From: a virus
Lineage: Duplodnaviria; Caudoviricetes
DNA: 64,000 nt
IMG/VR virus record: IMGVR_UViG_3300028048_000102
Location: 31,568 to 95,567 of that record
Strand: one strand, 5' to 3'
The notes below the pieces were generated by a model. It did not search any database. It was given only the letters and a program-made list of their open reading frames with translations, and was not told the origin of the DNA. The position numbers and the translations under genes were made by a program. Below, one piece after another: positions 27,960-37,987 of this stretch; position 1 is the stretch's first letter; each line of letters starts with the position of its first letter.

Positions 27960-29378
27960 ATGGCAGAAAATGTTCAGCTTTTAGACAATATCCCAATGCT
28001 AGCGGATGTAAATGTAGAACCTAGTATCTTTCTTGATATCAAACTTTCTTACCTCGATTCTAAATTAGATAAGATGGTACGGGTAATGAAAAATATGGTA
28101 TATAAAATCATCTACCTTGAAAAAGGTAGACTTTGTACTGTAGTAGGAGAAGTAAAAGATATCTCTAGAATCTTTACTACAGTTACTGTAAATGAAGATA
28201 AGAAGTCTTATAATGAGTATGTACTTACTATAGATTGCTCTAATAAGTATAATACTAATGTAAAGAAGATTCGTACTGGAGATATACGTTCTATTCGTAA
28301 ATTCATTGATCATATGGATGAAGATACGGATATTCCAAATGCTATTACATTAGATGGTAATACAGTAGCTTCTAAGATTACTAATGTAATAATTAATAAT
28401 ATTAGAGTAGAAGATACAGTTACTATTACTAAAGAGAATGGTATTGCTGAGTATAATACTGATAGCTTTAAGCATATAGTTGGTGGTGTTATTGAAGGTG
28501 GTAAGACTGATTCTACTGCTGTAACTAATAATGGTGTAGCCACTGGTGCTAATAATCTTGGAAATATAATTCATATAGATAATGGTGTTACATCTGGTGA
28601 AGGAGACATTACTGCTGGTAATATTATTACTGCTATGATTTCTTTCCCTCATTTTGATTCTTATGATACTACTGAAGATCCAGAAGATATTAAAAATAAA
28701 ACTATCTATGGAGCTATTCATGTAGTAAGTGAAGATAATAAGTGGTATGGAGATATTGAAGAAGTTATTATATCTCATTCTAAGATAACTGGTTATTCGA
28801 CTGGTGGTAACGTAGTAGATGCTATCAGAGATAATACTATTGTATATGGTGGTACTATTTCTGGTGAGAATATGAAGACTACTAATGCTATTACATATAA
28901 TGATATTACTACTGATGGTGTAACTACTGATGGAGTAATCAAAGGTGGTTATGTAGTTACAATTATAGATGGTGGTAGAACTTGTTATTTGTATGGAGAT
29001 GACTTAGTTACTACAGGAGCAATTGCCAATAATTGTGTTATTACTGGTGGTACTGTAATTGAAGGTACCAATGGTATTTATCCAGGAGGAGCAGGTGGAG
29101 AAGGATTTAATGCAACTATCAATAGTACTGTAATTGGTGGTATTGGTACTAATGGAGTAGCCTTTGGTGGTCATACAGAAGGCGGAGAAATGTCATTTGA
29201 ACAGAAATTCAATGCTTCTGACTATACTATTAGTCATACTCCATATACTGCAACTGATAATACTCCAGATGAAGTTACTCCTCCTATGCCTTGGAGATAT
29301 GATAATACATTATTCAAGGTTGGTGTTGGTGATGTAACTGGTGTTATTACTAACTTCCATTCTGCAAGTAATTTATAA
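27960..29378 (+). CDS. putative virion protein with Gly/Thr-rich beta-helix-like repeats
   Basis: Recurrent (I/T)xGG(T/V) motifs; late-type motif upstream. Confidence 0.65.
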   Translation: MAENVQLLDNIPMLADVNVEPSIFLDIKLSYLDSKLDKMVRVMKNMVYKIIYLEKGRLCTVVGEVKDISRIFTTVTVNEDKKSYNEYVLTIDCSNKYNTNVKKIRTGDIRSIRKFIDHMDEDTDIPNAITLDGNTVASKITNVIINNIRVEDTVTITKENGIAEYNTDSFKHIVGGVIEGGKTDSTAVTNNGVATGANNLGNIIHIDNGVTSGEGDITAGNIITAMISFPHFDSYDTTEDPEDIKNKTIYGAIHVVSEDNKWYGDIEEVIISHSKITGYSTGGNVVDAIRDNTIVYGGTISGENMKTTNAITYNDITTDGVTTDGVIKGGYVVTIIDGGRTCYLYGDDLVTTGAIANNCVITGGTVIEGTNGIYPGGAGGEGFNATINSTVIGGIGTNGVAFGGHTEGGEMSFEQKFNASDYTISHTPYTATDNTPDEVTPPMPWRYDNTLFKVGVGDVTGVITNFHSASNL

Positions 29379-29444
29379 AATACTGTATTACAAATATATA
29401 AGAGACAAATATCTCTATATATAATTTTAAGGAGGAATTTAATT

Positions 29445-30050
29445 ATGGTAGGTTCTTGGAATGTAGACGTAGTTGTAGGCAAATTGCCTCAGAATGTCGC
29501 TACAGCATTTGCTGCTTTGTCTGAAAAGCTTCTCGGTGCTGAGTATACTCCTATTGCGTATCTTGGTAGCCAGGTAGTAAATGGAGTTAATCATGCAGTA
29601 TTGGCTGAGCAGACCATTATTACTGGTAAGGATACTAAGAATGTAGTAGTAATCATCTTCAATGAAAAACCAGGTTCTATGGATCCTCTGACTCTCGTAA
29701 GCATTGATCGTGTTGTTGAGAGCGGTGCTCCTATGGGTGGTACTCAGGTAGATGTTAAGACTGAGCTTAGTGCAGAGGATAAGGCTGTATTCGAAAAGGG
29801 TATGGGCGGTTTTGTTGGTTCTAAGGTAGAACCTTTTGCACTTCTTGCTACTCAGGTAGTAAAGGGTATCAATTATATCTTTGCAGCAGAGGTTACTCCT
29901 GTAACTGAAAATCCTGTTAAGAAGGTATCTCTTGTTACTGTAAATACTCTGACTCCTGGTGCTCAGTTTGTAGATCTGCTTGCTGATAAGCAGGAGATGG
30001 TTGGTTATGCTTTCACCTGGCTCGGTGCTCCTCTCGGTGAGTGGCCTTGA
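29445..30050 (+). CDS. hypothetical protein with an internal two-domain duplication
   Basis: PIAYLGSQVVNGVNH and PFALLATQVVKGINY. Confidence 0.75.
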   Translation: MVGSWNVDVVVGKLPQNVATAFAALSEKLLGAEYTPIAYLGSQVVNGVNHAVLAEQTIITGKDTKNVVVIIFNEKPGSMDPLTLVSIDRVVESGAPMGGTQVDVKTELSAEDKAVFEKGMGGFVGSKVEPFALLATQVVKGINYIFAAEVTPVTENPVKKVSLVTVNTLTPGAQFVDLLADKQEMVGYAFTWLGAPLGEWP

Positions 30051-30065
30051 TGATAGGTGATTGCT

Positions 30066-30194
30066 ATGAAGATTCCTGAGTATAATTTACCTGATTATCA
30101 GAATGATAGTCAGGAAGTAATCGAAGCTAAACTTAAAGCTATCGAGAAACAAAAAGAACAAGAAGCTCAAGAAGAGAAAAAAGAAGAAGAGTAA
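30066..30194 (+). CDS. small acidic protein (42 aa)
   Basis: SD AGGTGA; MKIPEYNLPDY... Confidence 0.5.
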   Translation: MKIPEYNLPDYQNDSQEVIEAKLKAIEKQKEQEAQEEKKEEE

Positions 30195-30199
30195 TTCTA

Positions 30200-30229
30200 A
30201 TCCCTCTACCCTTAATTGGGTAGAGGGAT
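30200..30229. terminator. hairpin, CCCTCTACCC family
   Basis: ATCCCTCTACCC / GGGTAGAGGGAT. Confidence 0.75.
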
Positions 30230-30297
30230 GAATTGTGTTAAAAGTACTAAATCTAACTTAAATATAAGCTTACCTTTTATAGAAAGGGGAAAATATC

Positions 30298-31029
30298 ATG
30301 TACAAAATTCCTAATTTTGTAAAGGTATCTAAAGATAGTGTTCTATATAATGATTCTGGTACATTTAATCTATATGTACCAGAGAGATACTTTGAACTAA
30401 GTGCTGCTAAATATGCTGGTAGTTATATTGAACTTCTTGGAATTTGTAACTATGCCATTGAAAAGAATGGTAAACTTGGAGAATTGCATGATTTCTATAT
30501 ACCTACAGTATTTACCACTAAACCTCATGATGTAGAAAAACTTAAAGATGTTCATCTTACAAAAGATAGTCCTAAAGAGGACTATAGAGTTCTTAAGTAT
30601 ATTAAAGATGATCCTATTATTGTAAGTACTAGAGTACCACAAGATATTTCTTATGTTGAATTACTTCTTAAGATGTTTATAATTACTGGAGATATACCTA
30701 ATACTATTCCATATGATAAGATTCAGAATATGATAATAGATAATATGGCTATCAATGGTAATGATTATAAAGTAACATTACAACTATGGGGATTCATCAT
30801 ATCTGAAATATGTAGGTCAAAGAATAATCCTGAAATACCATATAGATTGAGCAAGTCTAATAATCTACATGATTATAAGTCTATTTCAATCAAAGAAGTT
30901 TCTCGTATGGATAGTCCATATTCTGCTATAAATACAGAGAATTTCGATGTATCTGCAGTTAAGGCTACACTTACAGATAATGAGTCTACATCACCACTTG
31001 AGAAGATTATGACTGGTGATTTTGGCTAA
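30298..31029 (+). CDS. probable extreme C-terminal fragment of RNAP beta' (virion RNAP)
   Basis: C-terminus IISEICRS..YKSISIKE...SPYSAINTEN..SPLEKI aligns by eye with the C-terminus of 18078..20237. Confidence 0.55.
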   Translation: MYKIPNFVKVSKDSVLYNDSGTFNLYVPERYFELSAAKYAGSYIELLGICNYAIEKNGKLGELHDFYIPTVFTTKPHDVEKLKDVHLTKDSPKEDYRVLKYIKDDPIIVSTRVPQDISYVELLLKMFIITGDIPNTIPYDKIQNMIIDNMAINGNDYKVTLQLWGFIISEICRSKNNPEIPYRLSKSNNLHDYKSISIKEVSRMDSPYSAINTENFDVSAVKATLTDNESTSPLEKIMTGDFG

Positions 31030-31049
31030 TTATTGGGTTATGTATGAGA

Positions 31050-31061
31050 AACATATGAGTA
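31050..31061 (+). promoter_or_regulatory. putative late promoter AACA-N6-TA
   Basis: AACATATGAGTA upstream of the sheath gene. Confidence 0.6.
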
Positions 31062-31111
31062 ATGTTACAAAAAATTTGTAATGTATATTAACCTAAAAAG
31101 GAGGAAATATA

Positions 31112-33139
31112 ATGTATCCAAGTACAAAATTTGAAATAGTGGATCAGAGTTATTTAAATACTCTGGATGTAGTTCCTGAAGACACTAGAGATCGCCCTTA
31201 TATGATGCAAGTATTTGCTGCACCTAAGGGACCAGAAGAGTGGCAGAATGGCATCATGAGTAAGAAGTTCTACAATTACTATGGTGATAAGCCAGTATTT
31301 AATAAGTATGGTCAGCCATTGCTTCAGGCAACTATGCTTGCATCTGAGGGTGCTCGTATGGTTGTTAAACGTGTAGTATCTGATACTGCTAAACTTGCAA
31401 ATATTTTGATTTATGCAGAAGTAAATCGCAAGACTGAGCAGAAGGTGGATGGTGAAGGTAATTTTATTTATTACGATACCACTGGTATGGAAACACTTGA
31501 TTCATCTCTTGCTAATACCAATTTGATTAGTTCCACTCCATTTGGAATATTTGATTCAACTGGTTTGGATTGTGCAACAGTTGATAAGTGTGAAGTTACA
31601 TTCCATGCTGAAACTTATTCTAGACCATTTGATGCAACTCGTGATGGTCTTAAGAAATGGAAATCTTCAGTTCTTAATGATGAACAGTTTAAACATGATG
31701 CACCTATTGGTACTGTAGGTGTAGTAAATGATATTGACCCATCAATGAATGAAGATGCAAACACTGTTGGTGCTGTATATCCATTGTTCCTTATCACTGA
31801 TAATGGACGTGGTGTATCCAACAAGTCTATTAAGATTTATACTGATGAGACTGCTCGTCGTCCTGTAAATTATTCTCGTTATATTCTTGAAGTATATGAG
31901 AATGGTACCCGTCTTGAGCAGATTGCATTTACTCTGAATCCTGACCAGACTGAAAATGGTACTAACGTTGCAATTGATAACTCTATTGCATTGAATTCTG
32001 ATCAGATTCGTTCAGTTTGCTTCTATGATTGCATAATCGATTTTGTAAATCAAGTATCTGAAGTAACTGGTCTTGATTATGATACAGTTATGAGGTATGA
32101 CTTGTTCTATAATACAGACGTATATGGAAAACCAATTAAAGATTCTAATGGTAATTATATTTATGAGTCTAATTGGAGTGGAGATGTAAACTTTACAACT
32201 GGTACTGGTATACATCTTAATGGTGGAGACGACGGTTTATTTGGTACAGATCCATTGAACTCTGTAGAATATGAAGATAAGCTTTGTGAAGCTTTCTATA
32301 ACTATTCTGATGAGATCTACGATCTCGATAACTTCCCTGTATATATGATTGCTGATGCTAATTATCCTCAGTCTGTTAAGAGAAAGATTGAGGAATATGT
32401 AAACTTCCGTGATGATGTATACTACATGCGTGATATGGGTACTGATGGTCTTACTACTCTTGCTTCAATTCAGGATAAGGATGAATTGAATGTTAATAGC
32501 CGTGCTATTGGTACTTATCATATGTATTATGATATCATTGACCCTATATCTAGAAAGCAGATTACAGTAACTTCTACTTATCTGAATGCTATTAGGTTCA
32601 TAGGTCATTACATGAACGGTCTTGCTCGTCCATTCTGTGGTATTAGATATGAAGTAACATTCCCTGAAGTTATCAATGGTACTGTAAACTTCTGTCCTAA
32701 ACTTACTCCAGAATCTTTGACTGGTGACCAGAAGCAGATTATTGATGACCTTCGTATCAATTACGCTGGTTATTACTCTGGTACTTTGGTACTTGAGACT
32801 AACTACACTTCTCAGCGTAGAAATACTGAATTGGATTTCATGTGCAATGTACTTGCAATCCAGAACTTGATTCGTAAGATTCGTAAGGAATGCCCTAAGA
32901 TTCGTTACGCTTTCTTCACTGATAATTCTGGTAATAGCTCCAGCAGCTTCTCCAAGTATATTGATGATGTTCAGGCAGTTATCGATAAGTGTGCTCCTGA
33001 TTTCGCTAGCATTAGTCTTACTTACGAGCAGAATAATGTATATGAGAACAATAAGATCTTCTATGCAGCTATTGAAGTAAGTAACCCAGATTGGATTCAG
33101 GCAGAACGCTTCAAGATCACCGTAGTTCAGAATGTATAA
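31112..33139 (+). CDS. contractile tail sheath protein
   Basis: MYPST.FEIVDQS start, KGP, YG.P, VKRVV, LNGGDDG, DANYP; 675 aa, followed by a tube-sized gene. Confidence 0.8.
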   Translation: MYPSTKFEIVDQSYLNTLDVVPEDTRDRPYMMQVFAAPKGPEEWQNGIMSKKFYNYYGDKPVFNKYGQPLLQATMLASEGARMVVKRVVSDTAKLANILIYAEVNRKTEQKVDGEGNFIYYDTTGMETLDSSLANTNLISSTPFGIFDSTGLDCATVDKCEVTFHAETYSRPFDATRDGLKKWKSSVLNDEQFKHDAPIGTVGVVNDIDPSMNEDANTVGAVYPLFLITDNGRGVSNKSIKIYTDETARRPVNYSRYILEVYENGTRLEQIAFTLNPDQTENGTNVAIDNSIALNSDQIRSVCFYDCIIDFVNQVSEVTGLDYDTVMRYDLFYNTDVYGKPIKDSNGNYIYESNWSGDVNFTTGTGIHLNGGDDGLFGTDPLNSVEYEDKLCEAFYNYSDEIYDLDNFPVYMIADANYPQSVKRKIEEYVNFRDDVYYMRDMGTDGLTTLASIQDKDELNVNSRAIGTYHMYYDIIDPISRKQITVTSTYLNAIRFIGHYMNGLARPFCGIRYEVTFPEVINGTVNFCPKLTPESLTGDQKQIIDDLRINYAGYYSGTLVLETNYTSQRRNTELDFMCNVLAIQNLIRKIRKECPKIRYAFFTDNSGNSSSSFSKYIDDVQAVIDKCAPDFASISLTYEQNNVYENNKIFYAAIEVSNPDWIQAERFKITVVQNV

Positions 33140-33152
33140 GGAGGAGTAAAAG

Positions 33153-33995
33153 ATGGCAGCAGAAATTAAAAGTATTTTTACTGGCCAGGTTACTCCAAGA
33201 GACCTGACTCAGTATACTTTATACCGTGGTGTAACTGACTTTTCTCAGCTTCATCAGTTTAACATGTTTGAAGGTGGTTATTCCTTCCTTCATGTAATTA
33301 AGATTCCTAAGTTCTTAGATGATCTTACTTCTAAATCTGATGAATATAAACAGTTGATTCATAGTTATCGTCATTATCTTGAGTATGCATTCAAAGGTTT
33401 GAGTGGATTTGAGGATATTACTGCTGATACTGGTGAAGTTAATAATGGTGTATCTACCATGAACTTGATCAATAAGGTAAATATGCAGTCTGCTTCTCAG
33501 TTCTCCATGAACTACAATGAGCAGCATGGTTTGCTCCTTGCTAAGGTTCATGAGCTCTTCCTTCGTGGTATTAAGGATCCTAAGACTGGTGTTAAGACTT
33601 ACAATGGTCTTATCGATGGTCCTGAGGGTAATACTACTATGGCAGCAGGTTATGAGAATGAAGTATTCACCTTCTTGTATTATGTGTGTGATAACACTTG
33701 CAGAAATATTGAGAAGGCTTACCTCATCGTAGCAGCTCAGCCTACTACAGCAGCTCTTGGTGATGTTTCTAACTCTGAGCGTGGTCAGTTTGACTGGAAG
33801 GAAGTTTCCGTACAGTTTAATGGTATTCCACTTGTTGGACCTGCAATTACTGCAAAGGCTCAGCAGTTCTTGAACTTCATTAACGAGCATACAATCTTCG
33901 ATGAAATGAAGTTCGGTTATCAGGCTCTGAAGGATATGCCTAATCCAGATGGTACTGGTACTGTAGTAGTTGATTCTCCTAAGGTAGAATTCTAA
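33153..33995 (+). CDS. tail tube protein (putative)
   Basis: 280 aa directly after the sheath; high-expression codon bias; terminator follows. Confidence 0.7.
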   Translation: MAAEIKSIFTGQVTPRDLTQYTLYRGVTDFSQLHQFNMFEGGYSFLHVIKIPKFLDDLTSKSDEYKQLIHSYRHYLEYAFKGLSGFEDITADTGEVNNGVSTMNLINKVNMQSASQFSMNYNEQHGLLLAKVHELFLRGIKDPKTGVKTYNGLIDGPEGNTTMAAGYENEVFTFLYYVCDNTCRNIEKAYLIVAAQPTTAALGDVSNSERGQFDWKEVSVQFNGIPLVGPAITAKAQQFLNFINEHTIFDEMKFGYQALKDMPNPDGTGTVVVDSPKVEF

Positions 33996-34010
33996 TAATA
34001 ATAAAATATT

Positions 34011-34034
34011 CCCTCTACCCATTTGGGTAGAGGG
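34011..34034. terminator. bidirectional hairpin, CCCTCTACCC family
   Basis: CCCTCTACCCA / TGGGTAGAGGG between convergent genes. Confidence 0.75.
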
Positions 34035-34042
34035 GTATTTTG

Positions 34043-34765
34043 TTACTTTCTATTAAGCTTCAAGTCCTTATCTTCAATGGTTCTAGGAATGTAATCTCCA
34101 TCATTTATCAAATTTGAGTTGATAGTAGCACCTAATAGCCATACATTGAGGTTATTACGTGCTAATGAGTCTTTTGTATCCAATTCTACATCTGATAGTT
34201 TTACTATTCCTGTAGTATTGATTATATTATAGAACTCAGATTTAGCTTCCATTGCATCTGCTCTAAAGGTTGCTAATTCTTTCATAGCTGCATCTGCAGA
34301 GATAACTGCTAATGCTTCAAACTCTCTATCTGAAGTATTACCATTCTTATCAATAGAAAGTAATAATCCAGATTTCATATCTCTTGAAGATATATTAGTA
34401 GAGTTAGAATTCTTTTTAGAGATGAACTGTTTCATTTTCTTCAATGGAACATATACAGTTAATGTATCTTCAGACTTAACTGGAATGCCTTCTTTATTAG
34501 TATAAAGGAAAGGAAGATTAAGCTTCTCCATCATTGGTACATTAATGAATTTAAGGGCTTTATCTATCTGCTCCATGTTTGGTTCTATATCAAATAGTTT
34601 AGTCTGAAACTTAAGTGGAAAATCCTGCTCAAAGAACTTTATAAATTCTTTATCATTTAACTTAGCAAACTTCTTTTTGTAAAAAGCAGAATTTTCTCCT
34701 GACGGATCTAATATATCCATTACTTTATATACTAACTCTTCACATTCTTTTCTTTTCTTGAACAT
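34043..34765 (-). CDS. RNA polymerase beta C-terminal fragment (probably virion RNAP)
   Basis: LKKMKQFISKKNS..SRDMKSGLL..KNG..SDREFEAL...KELATFRAD follows the layout of the RpoB C-terminus. Confidence 0.7.
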   Translation of the reverse strand: MFKKRKECEELVYKVMDILDPSGENSAFYKKKFAKLNDKEFIKFFEQDFPLKFQTKLFDIEPNMEQIDKALKFINVPMMEKLNLPFLYTNKEGIPVKSEDTLTVYVPLKKMKQFISKKNSNSTNISSRDMKSGLLLSIDKNGNTSDREFEALAVISADAAMKELATFRADAMEAKSEFYNIINTTGIVKLSDVELDTKDSLARNNLNVWLLGATINSNLINDGDYIPRTIEDKDLKLNRK

Positions 34766-34901
34766 GTTATCTACCTCCTATTATGAGTAGGTTTTCATGA
34801 TAATTTTACCTCCTACCCTTTTTTGAGGGTAGGAGGAAGGGGTGGGTCACCAGCAGTAAGCCTACATTTACTACACGTAAATGTTTTTAGAAGATATATT
34901 T

Positions 34902-35531
34902 TTAATATGGAGCACCATTTTCTTTCCACTGATTCCGATAAAAGTTTGCTTTACCTCTAAAGATATCTCCACCATCTCCATAAGTACCATCATCATGCCA
35001 GAGATAGATATCCCAACGCTCACAAGTAGTCTCTGGTCCATACTGTTCTTCTGGACCATATGCACCATAATAACCATCTTTATTATCTGCAGCCTCACCA
35101 TGAGTCATTACTCTTTGCTGATCAATAGTAAGATCAAGAGCATTTGCAAGTACTGCAATTACCTGAGACATAGATTCAATCTGAGCTGCTGTAGGAGCAC
35201 ACTCACCAAGACCAATTGCTGGATTTGGACTAGCACCTACTGCTGCATTTAGCGTAATACCAACAGAACCACTATTTCTTTTCCAAGTATGATTTCTAAT
35301 TTCAGAGAAATCATCACAATCAGTATAGATATTTCCTTCTCCATCAATTGCAATATGATAATCCATTTTACCAGTCTTAGGATCATAGAAGAACTGATCA
35401 TAATAACCAGCAGTCCAATGTAAATAGAGCTTTACATCTCTACCATAAGATTTTGCAATTGACCAAAGGTCATCATAAGAGTTTCTTGCAATCTGATAGA
35501 TTTCAGAAAGTGTAATAGATCTAACAGCCAT
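34902..35531 (-). CDS. N-acetylmuramoyl-L-alanine amidase (endolysin, amidase_2-like)
   Basis: LYLHWTAG, YHIAIDGEG, HTWKRNSGSVGI, PTAAQIE, VMTHGE. Confidence 0.85.
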   Translation of the reverse strand: MAVRSITLSEIYQIARNSYDDLWSIAKSYGRDVKLYLHWTAGYYDQFFYDPKTGKMDYHIAIDGEGNIYTDCDDFSEIRNHTWKRNSGSVGITLNAAVGASPNPAIGLGECAPTAAQIESMSQVIAVLANALDLTIDQQRVMTHGEAADNKDGYYGAYGPEEQYGPETTCERWDIYLWHDDGTYGDGGDIFRGKANFYRNQWKENGAPY

Positions 35532-35622
35532 TTTATTTTCCCCCTTAATATAATAATATGATTATATTAAAGTCGAACTAGAATCTTTATACTCAAACTT
35601 TTATGTAAGGGAGGGAGTTGCC

Positions 35623-36075
35623 ATGATATTAGATAGTGTACTCAATGAAATATCTATATTAAATAAAATTAAATCACATGTAACTGGATCTATAATTGAT
35701 GATATGGAAGAGTATTTAGATTCTTATATTAAAAATAAATATGATAAATTATATATTAGATCCAATCAAGATTTTTCTTATTGGGTTAATTTTGATAATG
35801 GAAAAGAAGTAGATAGATATCTTGATTTATTTGGAAATGGTTTTATACCAAAACCATATAGATCTGCATTTATTATATGTGAAAACAGAAAAGAATATAA
35901 TGCAATTAAACAAACTTTCAAATATATAACTAAAGTTTGTAATAATGAATTTAAAGATAAAACTGATTATTATAAATTTACATTGGCTCAAAATCATTGG
36001 TATGATAGAACTATGATAGAATTTATTACTATTGTACCAGTTGATTATAAAAATAGCTATCTTAATATTTATTAA
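35623..36075 (+). CDS. MILD-tag protein, putative head-internal protein
   Basis: Starts MILDSVLNE; AACT-N6-TA at 35596-35607. Confidence 0.7.
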   Translation: MILDSVLNEISILNKIKSHVTGSIIDDMEEYLDSYIKNKYDKLYIRSNQDFSYWVNFDNGKEVDRYLDLFGNGFIPKPYRSAFIICENRKEYNAIKQTFKYITKVCNNEFKDKTDYYKFTLAQNHWYDRTMIEFITIVPVDYKNSYLNIY

Positions 36076-36093
36076 ATTAGGAGGAAAATATTT

Positions 36094-37182
36094 ATGATAT
36101 TAGATAGTGTACTTAATGAAGTATATATATCAGATACATCTGTTACATCTAAGATAGTAAAAGTATTTGAAAAGATGTCTAAGATTAAGATATCTGAAGA
36201 AAAAGAAAAGACTATAAAACTTGTGAATGAATTAATAAATGTACTTAAAGAATTTACTAATGCAAATAGAGTTGAAATAGATTTAGATGCTGTTGGAAGT
36301 TGTTTTACTATACCACCAAGATATAATAAACTACCAGAATATAAAATTACTAAAAAAGGAATACGATTTACTAATAATACAAATATATATATTTATATTA
36401 ATATAAATCCTAATTTAATATTTAATAAGAAAATTAATTTAACTCCTAGAGAAATAACAGCAATATTATTACATGAAATTGGACATAATTTTTCTCATTC
36501 AATGGTACCTATTCATGATGTATTGGAAACTATAAAACTTGCTATTCAAAAGAGGAATATGGAAACCTTAAGATTAAGTGATGAAGAAAATAAAATGAAA
36601 AATAACTCAGATGATGATAATATTTTAAAAAAGAATTTACAAGATATCTTACTAAATGCTGATAATTTTGTACAAAACGGTAAATTGGTACTTTCTGGTA
36701 TCCTCAGCTCTCTATCTACGGTAGATAGAGAACGTTATATGGACGAAAAAATAGCAGATAGTTTTGCCACAATGTATGGTTTTGGCAAAGATTTATCATC
36801 AGCATTATATAAATTAAATAAATTTAAGTTTAATATATATAATAAAAAATATAGTCATATTGATGGAATTATATTAGGTACTATATCTATGAGCAGAGAA
36901 ATTCTATTTGATGAACATCCTCAAGATATAACTAGATTAACTAATCAGATTAATCAATTAGAATATGAATTATCTCATAATAAAGGTCTTAGTGAAAAAG
37001 ATAAAGCTCAATTAAAGAAAGATATTAGAGGAATTAAAATGGTTATATCTCAATATAATACTATTAGAAAATCTGATAAATTTAGTTTACCATGGAAACT
37101 ATATTATAAATTTATTACTGATTTTATGGGAGGAGAAGAAGTAATGAATAAAATTACTACTCCTATAAATCAAGTTATTTAA
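36094..37182 (+). CDS. MILD-tag Zn metalloprotease (M48-like HExxH)
   Basis: MILDSVLNE; AILLHEIGH, EKIADSFA..YG, EHP...R. Confidence 0.8.
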   Translation: MILDSVLNEVYISDTSVTSKIVKVFEKMSKIKISEEKEKTIKLVNELINVLKEFTNANRVEIDLDAVGSCFTIPPRYNKLPEYKITKKGIRFTNNTNIYIYININPNLIFNKKINLTPREITAILLHEIGHNFSHSMVPIHDVLETIKLAIQKRNMETLRLSDEENKMKNNSDDDNILKKNLQDILLNADNFVQNGKLVLSGILSSLSTVDRERYMDEKIADSFATMYGFGKDLSSALYKLNKFKFNIYNKKYSHIDGIILGTISMSREILFDEHPQDITRLTNQINQLEYELSHNKGLSEKDKAQLKKDIRGIKMVISQYNTIRKSDKFSLPWKLYYKFITDFMGGEEVMNKITTPINQVI

Positions 37183-37275
37183 AACTAGTATTTATAATCA
37201 AAAAAAAAACAATAAGGTAATTCTATGTAAGTAAATAGAATAAATATAATTTATATATAATAGGATGTGATTATA

Positions 37276-37863
37276 ATGATTTTAGATGAAGTATTACAGA
37301 AAGAAGATACTACATATACTGAAGATAGTATGGTAGATATGTTTGTAGAAGGATTCTTATATGCATTAGAAATGCAGGAAGAAGGTAAGAAAGCTCAGAG
37401 TATTGAAGAGTTAAGTAATACTCTTAGTGAAGCTGCTAATGTAGCTATTAGTGAGAGTATTAAGCCATATCTTTCTGCTTATGGAAGTGCTGTAAGTACC
37501 AGATTATTAGGCGGCAATATAGCAGATGTATCTAATATAGTATTCTCAAAAATTTGTAGAGATATAATTAGAAGATTAAAGAAGTCTCCTAAATATAAAA
37601 AATATGAAAAATTTAATAAAAGATTAACTTATCCAGTTAAAAATACTCTTCTTGCATTTGGAGTAAAACTTTTATTGGCTCCAAATATTTTATTTGAATT
37701 AGTAGTAGATAAAAAAGAAGAAAGTGAAGCCAAAAAATATATTGATATGCTTTTACATGATGCAAATACAGAATATAAAGGTATAATAAAACGTATAGAT
37801 GTAAAAATAGAGCATAATGATGATGAAGTACTGTTTTTGATAACTAGACAATGGAACTATTAA
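37276..37863 (+). CDS. MILD-tag protein sharing an ~60-aa N-terminal region with 51509..51931
   Basis: Start revised to ATG 37276; DSMVDMFVEGFLYALEMQE...LSEAAN.AISE. Confidence 0.75.
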   Translation: MILDEVLQKEDTTYTEDSMVDMFVEGFLYALEMQEEGKKAQSIEELSNTLSEAANVAISESIKPYLSAYGSAVSTRLLGGNIADVSNIVFSKICRDIIRRLKKSPKYKKYEKFNKRLTYPVKNTLLAFGVKLLLAPNILFELVVDKKEESEAKKYIDMLLHDANTEYKGIIKRIDVKIEHNDDEVLFLITRQWNY

Positions 37864-37890
37864 TATTTTGAATACAATAATTTTATTTTA

Positions 37891-37915
37891 CCCCTGTACC
37901 GTAATGGTACAGGGG
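37891..37915. terminator. bidirectional hairpin, CCCCTGTACC variant
   Basis: CCCCTGTACC / GGTACAGGGG between convergent genes. Confidence 0.75.
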
Positions 37916-37987
37916 ATTATCATGATTATATTTATCATATTTTATATCTTTATTATCTTCTAAATCTTTTTCATTTTAATTATATTA

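Noticed and set aside
33315-34022. 235-aa antisense ORF (and 164-aa antisense ORF at 48341..48835)
   Set aside because: They lie antisense to highly biased genes, have no SD and show implausible composition.
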